NCBI RefSeq assembly: GCF_000253055.1
Contig: NC_016070.1
Location: 390,001 to 422,000, forward strand
Origin: Thermoproteus tenax Kra 1
GTDB taxonomy: Archaea > Thermoproteota > Thermoprotei > Thermoproteales > Thermoproteaceae
DNA: 32,000 bases
Direction: 5' to 3'
Positions 1 through 8,043 of the stretch are shown here, piece by piece. The notes under the pieces are model-generated. The model worked only from the letters and a program-made list of their open reading frames with translations, did no database searches and was not told where the DNA came from. The stretch's first letter is position 1; every line of letters begins with the position of its first letter. The position numbers and the translations under genes are program-made.

Positions 1-102
1 ATAAAACTTGGTGATACTTCTAATATTAAGACATTTAAAGCAAAAATAGATCAAGTAAAGATACTGCACAATAGAGTAGGTCTCTCTCTGCCCCCGGATC
101 CC

Positions 103-1452
103 ATGGGCCATATTAGGACGAGGATCAAGGAGGCTATTAAAAACAATAGAAATGTGAGAATGGCCATAGAGGTCTGCGTCCACTGCGGAGTCTGTCTCGA
201 TAACTGTCCCACGTATGTACGAACTAAGGATATCTATAACTCGCCGGTGGGCCGCGCCGAGCTCATAAGAGCTTTTCTGAAGGCGGATTCAGTCAGCGGA
301 AGGCTCTTCGGCAAGGCTGTCGGCGCAGTCAAACTCACTGAGGAGTACCTCGAGAAGATCTATACATATTATTATCAATGTCTGGAGTGTAGAAAATGTG
401 CATATTCATGTCCCTTCGGCATCGATCAAGCAGACGTCACAAGGCTAGTGAGGGAGATAATGTACGAGGCCGGCATAGTATCGCGCTACGTGGCGACAGT
501 GATAGACGCAGTGGAGAGGACTGGGACCAACTTAGGCATGAAACCTGTGGCCGTTATCAAATCCATCACCTTCGCAGCTGGGGAGATTAAGGAGGAGAAA
601 AAAGTCGACGTAATATATTACATCTACCGAGATGATACAAACGAGCTCAAGAAGTATATCGGCGACAAGGAGGTGGCATCTTGGAAGCTCGACGCCGTGC
701 CGCCCGATGAGAGGCCAGAGGCCCTTTTGGTACCGCCCTCCGCAGATTTCTTTACTAACATAGAGACTCTTAAGGGGTATATGCTGTTCCTCCATCTTAT
801 CGGCGTTAAGTATGCCTTTTCTACGGAGATGGCCGAGTTGGCAAACTTCGGTCTGTTTGTCAGCGAGAGACACCTCCACTATATAGGCATGAAGGTAGTT
901 AACGCCGCTCTTAAACTGGGGGTGAAGACAGTGATAGCGGGCGAGTGCGGCCACGGATGGAGGGCGTTCAAGAACTACACGGGCCCAGAGCTTGAAAGAA
1001 GGGGCATGAAGACGCTACACATATTCCATCTAGTGATAGATGCTATAAAGAGGGGGGCGATAAAGCTCAACCCCGACGCCAACGGCGATATAGTATACAC
1101 CTTCCAAGACTCGTGCAACTACGCGAGAGGCGGAGACTTGACGGAGGAGCCCCGATTCATTATGAGACACGTGGTTAAGAAGTACACAGAAAGTCCGCAC
1201 AATAGGGAAAAAACGTGGTGTTGTGGAGGCGGAGGCGGCTTATTGACCGACGAGCTTCTTCCTCTAAGAATACAATATGCCAAAAATTGGTATGAAGATG
1301 CGCTACAGGTCGGAGCGAGCCACGTCGTGAGGGCCTGCGCCATCTGCAAAGCTCAATTAAGCCATACGATCCCATATTTGAATAAAGAGTATAAAAGAGA
1401 GATCACATACAGCGGCCTAATGGACTTAGTCTATAGGGCCCTCGTCGTCTAA
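103..1452 (+). CDS. HdrD/DsrK/GlpC-family iron-sulfur oxidoreductase (two 4Fe-4S ferredoxin motifs plus CCG cysteine-rich domain)
   Basis: 449-aa ORF. Two CxxCxxCxxxCP motifs (CVHCGVCLDNCP, CLECRKCAYSCP). C-terminal WCCGGGGG...CAICK resembles the CCG domain of heterodisulfide reductase D-type proteins. No hydrophobic spans seen. Confidence 0.75.
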   Translation: MGHIRTRIKEAIKNNRNVRMAIEVCVHCGVCLDNCPTYVRTKDIYNSPVGRAELIRAFLKADSVSGRLFGKAVGAVKLTEEYLEKIYTYYYQCLECRKCAYSCPFGIDQADVTRLVREIMYEAGIVSRYVATVIDAVERTGTNLGMKPVAVIKSITFAAGEIKEEKKVDVIYYIYRDDTNELKKYIGDKEVASWKLDAVPPDERPEALLVPPSADFFTNIETLKGYMLFLHLIGVKYAFSTEMAELANFGLFVSERHLHYIGMKVVNAALKLGVKTVIAGECGHGWRAFKNYTGPELERRGMKTLHIFHLVIDAIKRGAIKLNPDANGDIVYTFQDSCNYARGGDLTEEPRFIMRHVVKKYTESPHNREKTWCCGGGGGLLTDELLPLRIQYAKNWYEDALQVGASHVVRACAICKAQLSHTIPYLNKEYKREITYSGLMDLVYRALVV

Positions 1453-1784
1453 GGTTTTACATAAATATAACCTTGTTTGACCAATTCAACTATTTTTACG
1501 ATGCCTGCTGGAACTATCTCGGCGTTTTCGTGGACGTCGCGGGGGTCTATCCCGAGGTTTCTGAGGGAGTTGTTACACACATAGAACTTTACGCCACGCC
1601 TCGCGAGGGCGGCTATCCTTTCTCTAAACGGCGAGCCCTTGACCATGTGCTTCACCGCCAGTCCGTTCGCCACGACGGCTATATCGGCGTTTCCCACTGC
1701 GGCCAAGAAGTTCTCCGCATTTGAGAGAGCGATGGAGAGAGGGACCGGATCGTCGCTATCAACGTGCAACAGCAGTTTCTCCAT
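1449..1784 (-). CDS. DsrE/DsrF-like family protein (COG1416-like small sulfur-relay fold)
   Basis: 111-aa ORF. The pattern LLHVDSDD...VVANGLAV...FYVCNNSL...IVPAGIV resembles the DsrE-like alpha/beta fold with a conserved Cys (VCNNS). An A/T box lies about 20 nt upstream of the ATG. Confidence 0.6.
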   Translation of the reverse strand: MEKLLLHVDSDDPVPLSIALSNAENFLAAVGNADIAVVANGLAVKHMVKGSPFRERIAALARRGVKFYVCNNSLRNLGIDPRDVHENAEIVPAGIVKIVELVKQGYIYVKP

Positions 1785-1787
1785 GAG

Positions 1788-1800
1788 ATTGTGTCACAAT
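1788..1800. promoter_or_regulatory. 13-nt perfect palindrome ATTGTGTCACAAT between the A/T box and start codon of the DsrE-like gene
   Basis: Read directly. Arms ATTGTG and CACAAT flank a central T. It lies 4 nt upstream of the ATG at 1784 (minus strand). Confidence 0.5.
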
Positions 1801-1826
1801 AAAAATTCTAGCTCTGTCTCCAGAGC
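1801..1826 (-). terminator. Hairpin (GCTCTG-tctc-CAGAGC) followed by a T5 run on the minus strand, downstream of the 82-aa gene
   Basis: 6-bp inverted repeat at 1811..1816 and 1821..1826 with a 4-nt loop. Plus-strand AAAAA at 1801..1805 gives T5 on the transcript strand. Oligo-T is the usual archaeal termination signal. Confidence 0.4.
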
Positions 1827-1830
1827 GAGA

Positions 1831-2079
1831 TCATAAAACTATAACTGGAAGGCCAGCGCACCTCTCTAAAAACGACAGAGGGCCGGCCGAGCCAAAGCCC
1901 GGCGGGACTTGTATTGGAATATATGTACAAATGCGGACCTCGCCTAGCCTTCTTAGCCTTTCGCCATGCCTCAAGAGACCTCTCCCTCTATACGCCAGAT
2001 AGATAACGTCGGGGGATAGAGCTTCGAGAACCTTTAGCACTCTGTCGTCATCTGATAGAACCAACGCGCATAGTCTCAT
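1831..2079 (-). CDS. Small protein translationally coupled to tusA, tentatively DsrH/TusB-like
   Basis: 82-aa ORF. Its ATG overlaps the tusA stop (ATGA, 2076..2079). The N-terminal pattern M-LCALVLS...DVIYLAYRG resembles TusB/DsrH, but similarity was judged by eye only. Confidence 0.45.
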   Translation of the reverse strand: MRLCALVLSDDDRVLKVLEALSPDVIYLAYRGRGLLRHGERLRRLGEVRICTYIPIQVPPGFGSAGPLSFLERCAGLPVIVL

Positions 2080-2306
2080 CTAGTTCTCCTTATCAGAAAC
2101 CTCATCCAACCATCGCCGACCTCCTCAAACGACAGAAGCTGGTTCTTAGTGAACCTGCACCACGCAGGTATATCGTCTCTGGCGCAAGCGTCATTGGTGA
2201 GCACCTCCAAGATGCCTCCCACCGGCACCTCATCTATCGCCCTTTTGAGCTCTATAGGGCTCAAGCAGTGGGCTCCAGATATTTTTATAGTTTTATATAC
2301 TTCCAT
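2076..2306 (-). CDS. tusA: TusA/SirA-family sulfur carrier protein
   Basis: 76 aa. It aligns by eye to E. coli TusA: active-site region GAHCLSPI (TusA has CPEP), then GGILEVLTNDACARDDIPAWC and a C-terminal FLIRR. Confidence 0.8.
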   Translation of the reverse strand: MEVYKTIKISGAHCLSPIELKRAIDEVPVGGILEVLTNDACARDDIPAWCRFTKNQLLSFEEVGDGWMRFLIRRTR

Positions 2307-2412
2307 AGACTTTTGTTTATATATATAAATTTAAAAATTATTAACGACTCAGTGTTAGTACCGTCTTTATGCGAGGGCTTCCGAGCCGCCGGGCGCGCGG
2401 AGGTCCGCAAAG

Positions 2413-2955
2413 ATGGCGTTAGAGTTATATATGGAATTTAGCCGGCTAAGCGTGTATATAGGCGTTATCTCTGACACACACGACGATGCGAGGGCCGTGA
2501 GGGCCGCGGGGGAGGCCTTTAGGAGGGCCGGAGTAGCCGCCGTTGTACATGCGGGCGACTGGACGTCGCCCTTCAGCATGCTGAAGCTGAGGAGGGCCCT
2601 CGGAGAGGGCGTGCCTATCTACACCGTCTTTGGCAACAACGATGGGGATAGATACACCGCGGCCAAAAGGGCGGCCGACGCTGGTGTGGAGGTGTTGGGC
2701 GAGGCCGGCATTATAGTACTGGGCGGACGGAAGATAGGAGTATATCACGGCACGGCTCTACTGTTGGTAGAGGCTATGGCTAAATCTGGGATGTTCGACG
2801 TAGTGATATACGGCCACACCCACAGAGTCGACATCAGAAGGGTCAATGGCACGTTGGTGGTGAACCCCGGCGAGGCTTGCGGGTGCGCCGAGGAGAAAAA
2901 GACGGCGGCTTTGCTCAATTTGAACACTCTCGAGGTCGAGCTTCTGGACCTCTGA
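2413..2955 (+). CDS. YfcE/MJ0936-family metallophosphoesterase
   Basis: Motifs ISDTHDD, HAGDW, GNNDGD, YHGT and GHTH appear in canonical order. The true start is probably GTG 2452 (MYIGVISDTHD), about 22 nt downstream of the A/T box TTATATATGG at 2424..2434. Confidence 0.85.
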   Translation: MALELYMEFSRLSVYIGVISDTHDDARAVRAAGEAFRRAGVAAVVHAGDWTSPFSMLKLRRALGEGVPIYTVFGNNDGDRYTAAKRAADAGVEVLGEAGIIVLGGRKIGVYHGTALLLVEAMAKSGMFDVVIYGHTHRVDIRRVNGTLVVNPGEACGCAEEKKTAALLNLNTLEVELLDL

Positions 2956-2957
2956 GG

Positions 2958-4838
2958 CTAGGGGAAAATGTGTATGACCGGCCTTGTGTACACCTCCCAA
3001 TTCCCGGTCTTCGGGTCGCGCCTGGCGTTGACGAAGACATGCCAGTTCTGTTCGTCCAGCGCCGGATGGTCTGCGTTGATATAGTAGCCGGGGAATCTGG
3101 TCTCCTTCCTATGCATCATGGATATCACTACAGCCCGCGCCACCAACAGCCTGTGGTAGAACTCCCAGACTCTCAACAGCTCGTGCAAACTGGCGGCCCC
3201 TGCGAATCTGAAGTCCTCCTCCAACATGCCCAGTAGCTCCCACGCTCTGTTCAACATATAGTCGTTCGTCAGATAGAACATCCCCCAACCTGCCGCATAC
3301 TCGTCCATAATCTTCTGGAGGCGCACCAACAATTGGTACCAGTTGAGGTAGTTGGGGTGTATCTCGAACCAGTTGGTCGTGTACGTCTCAGGCGTTGTGG
3401 TCAACGGCTTGTTCTTGTGATACCACTCTAGAGGTCTGAAGACGGTCTCCTTCATCCTCTCTATTGTGTCGTTGCTTATTGTAGGTTTGTAGTCTTTAGC
3501 CTGAGTGAGGACATATCTGGCAGCCGACTTGCCCGCTATCCTCCCCTCCGTTAAAGAGCCCGACGAGAACTTGTGGCCCGAGGCGCCCACGGTGTCGCCT
3601 GCGCCGAACAGCCCCTCCACAGTCAACATGCGGTTGGGCCCCCACTTGTACTCAGAGGGCGCTATGTCCGCAGGGCCCGAGGCCCACATTCCGCTGGGAG
3701 AGGCGTGGCTGCCTTGGACGTAGGGCTCGGTGGGCACTAGCTCGGAGGGCCTCTTCTCTGGGTGGATGTTCTGGCCCGCCCAGAGGAACGCTTGAGTTGG
3801 AGTCATGTCCAAATAGTCCTCGAACAGCAAGTGTATGTCTTCGTCGGTCTTGAGTCTCTCCTGCGTCTGCATTATGTCGGGCCCTCTGCCGTCTCTCAAG
3901 TTTCTCTCGGTCACAAGCACTCTGAGCAAAGTGGGCGTCGGCTTTGCTTCCGCGTATTTGCCGTAAAGCTTCTTGAACTCCTCGCGGGCCTCGTCCGGCA
4001 GTGGCTCCCACTGTCTTCCGTAGACGTCCGTGGACCTCATCCTGAATAACAAATAGGGGAATCCGACGGGGCCGTAGCCGTCCTTAAATCTGACCACGAT
4101 CAGTCTGGCCTCCATTGAGGTCGTCTCTGCCCCCGCCATAATGGGTATGGCGTAGGCGCTGCCGGAGGCCCACGTGGGGTACCAAGTCCTGCCCAAGCCC
4201 TCCCCAGTGGACCTCGGCCTGTAGACCAAGGAGGCGCCGCCGGCCGCCACGATGACCGCCTTGGCTCTGAAGACGTAGAAGGTCCCGTCTCTGACCCCGA
4301 ACCCCACGACGCCGGCGATCCTGTTGGGCACCGTTTCGTCGAGCAGAGGATGTGTCACAAAGACTCTCTCGTAGATCTCGTCGGCGGACTTGGCGCAAGC
4401 CTCGGCGACGATGGCCTTATACGACTCGCCGTGTATCGGATGTTGCCATCTGCCCGTGCGCAGATACTTGCCCGTCTTCGGGTCCCTCCATATGGGGAGC
4501 CCCCACGAGTCTAAGAGTTTGACCGTCGACGTCATATGTCTAGCTATGTCGTAGACCAAATCCTCCCTCACTATTCCGAAGAACTCGTTGCGCACGTAGT
4601 AGACGAAGTCCTCAGGCTTGGGGTCGTCCGGCTCCTCCGTGAACGCGCCCAAGTTGACAGCAGATAGGCCCATGCCTACGGCGCCCGACTTCTCCAACTT
4701 GGCTTTCTCCACCAACGTGACCTTACACCTCCCTCTACACCAGTACTTCGCCTCGAAGACGGCGCCGCATCCGGCCATCCCGCCTCCCACGACCAAGATG
4801 TCGGTGTCTACTACCTTGGTGGGCGGATTGAGGGACAT
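2958..4838 (-). CDS. aprA: Adenylylsulfate (APS) reductase alpha subunit
   Basis: 626 aa. FAD-binding N-terminus DILVVGGGMAGCGA. Length and overall pattern fit AprA. It starts 1 nt after the aprB stop, in the aprB-aprA order typical of apr operons. Confidence 0.93.
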   Translation of the reverse strand: MSLNPPTKVVDTDILVVGGGMAGCGAVFEAKYWCRGRCKVTLVEKAKLEKSGAVGMGLSAVNLGAFTEEPDDPKPEDFVYYVRNEFFGIVREDLVYDIARHMTSTVKLLDSWGLPIWRDPKTGKYLRTGRWQHPIHGESYKAIVAEACAKSADEIYERVFVTHPLLDETVPNRIAGVVGFGVRDGTFYVFRAKAVIVAAGGASLVYRPRSTGEGLGRTWYPTWASGSAYAIPIMAGAETTSMEARLIVVRFKDGYGPVGFPYLLFRMRSTDVYGRQWEPLPDEAREEFKKLYGKYAEAKPTPTLLRVLVTERNLRDGRGPDIMQTQERLKTDEDIHLLFEDYLDMTPTQAFLWAGQNIHPEKRPSELVPTEPYVQGSHASPSGMWASGPADIAPSEYKWGPNRMLTVEGLFGAGDTVGASGHKFSSGSLTEGRIAGKSAARYVLTQAKDYKPTISNDTIERMKETVFRPLEWYHKNKPLTTTPETYTTNWFEIHPNYLNWYQLLVRLQKIMDEYAAGWGMFYLTNDYMLNRAWELLGMLEEDFRFAGAASLHELLRVWEFYHRLLVARAVVISMMHRKETRFPGYYINADHPALDEQNWHVFVNARRDPKTGNWEVYTRPVIHIFP

Positions 4839-4839
4839 A

Positions 4840-5349
4840 TTACTTCCTCTTGTAGTGTTCTAGTATTTCGGGCGGAGGAGATGAGTATTGGGGCGGCCCC
4901 TTGTAATATTTCAACTCCTTCGGCCTCGGGAGCTCTCTGAAGCCTGTCCATTCTGGGCTGTCTTCACAACAGAGGAGCTCTGAATCTAAGTCGGACCTCT
5001 CCGGGAAGTCCTTTGCGCCCTTTGCGGAGCCCCACGGCGTCGTCCTTATGGGTATGGCGAAGTCCTTCACAGTTCCATCTCTGAAGACCAGTCTCCAATA
5101 TATCACGTTCTTTTTAGTGTCGCGGACTACCCCCACCTTTACGCCGAGCGGGACGAAATCTGCGTAGGGCCTCACATCCACAGCATGTTCAGGGCAGTAC
5201 TTGACGCAGTTCATGCACTCCGCGCAGCTGATAGGATCGGCGTTGAAAGCCTTTCTTGTCTTGGGGTTGAACTGCATGTTATCGGCGGGACATATATCGA
5301 CACATTTGCCGCAACCTTTACACAAAGAAGCATATACAAATGTTGGCAT
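4840..5349 (-). CDS. aprB: Adenylylsulfate (APS) reductase beta subunit
   Basis: 169 aa. N-terminus MPTFVY..CKGCGKCVDICP...CAECMNCVKYCP (two 4Fe-4S clusters), then DVRPYADFVPLG and a Trp/Pro-rich tail as in AprB. Confidence 0.93.
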   Translation of the reverse strand: MPTFVYASLCKGCGKCVDICPADNMQFNPKTRKAFNADPISCAECMNCVKYCPEHAVDVRPYADFVPLGVKVGVVRDTKKNVIYWRLVFRDGTVKDFAIPIRTTPWGSAKGAKDFPERSDLDSELLCCEDSPEWTGFRELPRPKELKYYKGPPQYSSPPPEILEHYKRK

Positions 5350-5435
5350 AGAGAGAGATTATCCCGTATTAATAAACATTATGTATTCCAACCATTGAAG
5401 AATACTTTAATACCCTCTCTATCAAAAATCTCAAT
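5350..5435. promoter_or_regulatory. Divergent AT-rich promoter region between aprB and the membrane protein gene
   Basis: GTATTAATAAAC (5366..5377) is centred about 22 nt from the aprB ATG. ACTTTAATACC (5404..5414) is centred about 27 nt from ATG 5436. Confidence 0.45.
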
Positions 5436-6320
5436 ATGTCGCAAGTTATTTCATGTGGTTCATATCAGTGCATCGCCTCTCCAGTTGACTGGACAGCTAT
5501 CGACGTCCTAGCTTTTTTGACAGTAATTTGGATAATAGTGACGTTTATATACAAAGGTTTACGTCAGTATAAAGTTATGCGCTATCCTCAGATCCAGATG
5601 GTGATCCCATATGCCCGGTGGGAGGCAGCATTAGTAAAAGAGAAGCCGCCCATCAGAGCCGGCGCCGCCGTGAAATACTTCTTTGTTACATTGTTTAAAG
5701 ACGTATTGGCCATGGGCATACTGAAATGCGAGGCAGGTTTGACGGACGCCGAGATTGTGAGGACTGGGAAGGCCAAGAGGGCCGCCAAACTGATGATCGT
5801 GTGGGGCTTCATATTCGCCGCAATCTCTACTACGCTCGCCTATCTGACCTTCCCCCACAACGAGATAGTATTGAACCTCACGAACCCAGCCCGCGTGTTC
5901 GGCATGATCGGCGGCGTTCTGATGATAGTAGGCTCTCTGCTCTGGCTTTCAGTGAGATATAAGGAGGTGAACTACAGAGGCTGGTGGCATTGGTTGGGGG
6001 CTGAGTATCTGCCCTTCCTAGTCCTTCTGATAGGTATATCTGGCTTCGTGCTACAAGCTGCACTTTTGGCCTACGCGGCGTCTCCTGACAGTACGGCGGC
6101 CGTGGCCTTCTTGTGGTTTGCCGTACACCTCCACGCCATACCGGTGGCCCTCTTCTTCTGGGCCTTCTTCTGGACAAACGCAGACCACATAATCTACGCG
6201 TTCCTCTGGAGGATCCAGGAGTACGCAGACAAAGAAATAGCGGGCGCCATGACTAGGCTTCCGCCGACGAGTATACCTCCGCTCAATAAATCGGGCAAAG
6301 AAATACAGCCTGGCTATTAA
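5436..6320 (+). CDS. Polytopic membrane protein (about 6 TM), possible NarI/DsrM/HdrE-like or AprM-like redox anchor
   Basis: 294 aa with six long hydrophobic spans. The last helices carry AVHLHAIP...(x12)...ADHIIY, reminiscent of the heme-b ligand helix of NarI-type proteins. It is divergent from aprBA. Family membership is not verifiable by eye. Confidence 0.6.
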   Translation: MSQVISCGSYQCIASPVDWTAIDVLAFLTVIWIIVTFIYKGLRQYKVMRYPQIQMVIPYARWEAALVKEKPPIRAGAAVKYFFVTLFKDVLAMGILKCEAGLTDAEIVRTGKAKRAAKLMIVWGFIFAAISTTLAYLTFPHNEIVLNLTNPARVFGMIGGVLMIVGSLLWLSVRYKEVNYRGWWHWLGAEYLPFLVLLIGISGFVLQAALLAYAASPDSTAAVAFLWFAVHLHAIPVALFFWAFFWTNADHIIYAFLWRIQEYADKEIAGAMTRLPPTSIPPLNKSGKEIQPGY

Positions 6321-6355
6321 ATAAAAAGTTTTTAAATAGTGTATTTATATAAATT

Positions 6356-7702
6356 ATGCTAATTGAACCACATGGAGGAAAACTAGTTTATCAAGTGGCT
6401 GAGCCAGAGAAGGCGGCGGGGCTGCCGAGGCTCGAGATTAAGCCGACTCTGGGGCCCGACGGCGCCCCCATCAGGAACCCGTACCGCGAAGTTGTGTCGA
6501 TAGCAATGGGCTTCTTCAGCCCGGTGGATGGCTTTATGACTAGGAACGAGGTGGAGAGCGTCCTTAGGGAGAGGAGGCTTCTCAGCGGCTGGCTGTTCCC
6601 GTTCCCGCTTGTGTTCGACGTAGACGAGGAGGATCTGAGGAGGGCCGGCATTAAGGAGAAGGACGCAGTGGCGCTCACGCTGAAGGGCAAGCCCCTCGCC
6701 CTTATGCAGGTGGAGGAGATATACAAGCTGGGCGATAGGAAGGAGCTGGCCGACGCGGTCTTCGGCACGCCGGAGAAAAACGGGGAGGTGGTGAAGAGGA
6801 GGTTCGACGAGAAGCACCCCGGCTGGCTGATATACCGCTCTCTAAAGCCGGTGGCGCTCGCGGGGAAGGTCTGGCTGTTGGGCCAGCCCAAGTTCAGAGA
6901 GCCCTACTCCCGCTTCTGGATGCCGCCCGCCGCCTCCCGTAAATACATAGAGGGGAAGGGGTGGAAGATCGTGGTTGCCCACCAGACGAGGAACGTCCCC
7001 CACATAGGCCACGAGATGTTGATGAAGAGGGCTATGTTCGTAGCAGGAGGCGAGAGGCCCGGCGACGCCGTGTTGGTTAACGCCATAATTGGAGCCAAGA
7101 GGCCCGGCGACTATGTGGACGAGGCGATTCTGGAGGGCCACGAGGCTTTAAACAAGGCCGGCTACTTCCACCCTGACCGCCACGTGGTGACCATGACGCT
7201 GTGGGACATGCGCTATGGGAACCCGCTCGAGTCCCTTCTACACGGCATCATTAGGCAGAATATGGGGGCGACGCACCACATGTTCGGTCGCGACCACGCG
7301 GCGACGGGCGACTACTACGACCCCTACGCCACCCAGTACCTCTGGACTAGAGGCCTTCCGAGCTACGGCCTGAACGAGCCGCCCCATTTGACGGACAAGG
7401 GCTTGAAGATAAGGCCTGTCAACATGGGCGAGTTCGCATACTGTCCCAAGTGCGGCGAGTATACATACTTGGGGATGTCCTACGGCGGCTACAAGGAGGT
7501 CGCCCTCTGCGGCCACACGCCGGAGCGAATATCGGGCAGCTTCTTGAGGGGGCTCATAATAGAGGGGCTTCGGCCGCCCAAAGTAGTCATGAGGCCTGAG
7601 GTCTACGATATCATCGTTAAATGGTGGCGCGTCTACGGCTATCCCTTCGTCACCGATAAGTATCTTAAAATTAAAGAGGAACAACTGGAGATAGAGATAT
7701 GA
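6356..7702 (+). CDS. sat: Sulfate adenylyltransferase (ATP sulfurylase)
   Basis: 448 aa. N-terminal EPHGGKL. Active-site HQTRNVPHIGHE (QxRNxxHxGH) and GRDHAA. C-terminal CPKC-x18-CGH putative zinc site. Confidence 0.92.
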   Translation: MLIEPHGGKLVYQVAEPEKAAGLPRLEIKPTLGPDGAPIRNPYREVVSIAMGFFSPVDGFMTRNEVESVLRERRLLSGWLFPFPLVFDVDEEDLRRAGIKEKDAVALTLKGKPLALMQVEEIYKLGDRKELADAVFGTPEKNGEVVKRRFDEKHPGWLIYRSLKPVALAGKVWLLGQPKFREPYSRFWMPPAASRKYIEGKGWKIVVAHQTRNVPHIGHEMLMKRAMFVAGGERPGDAVLVNAIIGAKRPGDYVDEAILEGHEALNKAGYFHPDRHVVTMTLWDMRYGNPLESLLHGIIRQNMGATHHMFGRDHAATGDYYDPYATQYLWTRGLPSYGLNEPPHLTDKGLKIRPVNMGEFAYCPKCGEYTYLGMSYGGYKEVALCGHTPERISGSFLRGLIIEGLRPPKVVMRPEVYDIIVKWWRVYGYPFVTDKYLKIKEEQLEIEI

Positions 7703-8043
7703 CGTACAAGATCGGCCTCTTGATAGATGAGAAGAGGTACGAGGCCATAAAGAACTTGCCGATCTCGGAGAGGCTGAAGTCGATGTTCGGAGGCGAGATA
7801 AAGATACTTGAGCTAGATGTTGACGACGATGTGGCCAAGAGGATACTGGCCGAGTTCCCAGCGGCCAGAGTGGACTCGAGGGGATTCTTGGAGGATCTGC
7901 CGGTGGCCTTCAAGAGGGCTCTCTTCGATGCCGTGGTCAAGACGGGCAGCGTGGGCAGAGAGGCCTTCGATGAAGTGTTCAGACATATAGAGGAGATAAG
8001 GGAGGCCGCCAAGCGCGAGAAAGAATACATTCCGCCGCCATGA
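7699..8043 (+). CDS. Hypothetical acidic protein translationally coupled to sat
   Basis: 114-aa ORF. Its ATG overlaps the sat TGA (ATGA at 7699..7702). Codon usage is coding-like. No recognisable motif. Confidence 0.55.
   Translation: MTYKIGLLIDEKRYEAIKNLPISERLKSMFGGEIKILELDVDDDVAKRILAEFPAARVDSRGFLEDLPVAFKRALFDAVVKTGSVGREAFDEVFRHIEEIREAAKREKEYIPPP

Noticed and set aside
2375-2406. GC-rich hairpin (9-bp stem with 2 G-U pairs, 14-nt loop) upstream of the phosphoesterase gene
   Set aside because: The stem is weak for a hyperthermophile. Its significance depends on an unverified transcription start. It may simply be unstructured 5' sequence.
2958-4838. Multiple 70-120-aa ORFs in other frames and strands within aprA (for example 3652..4011 and 4084..4398)
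   Set aside because: They are shadow ORFs within a confidently identified gene, with Arg/Gly-rich composition.
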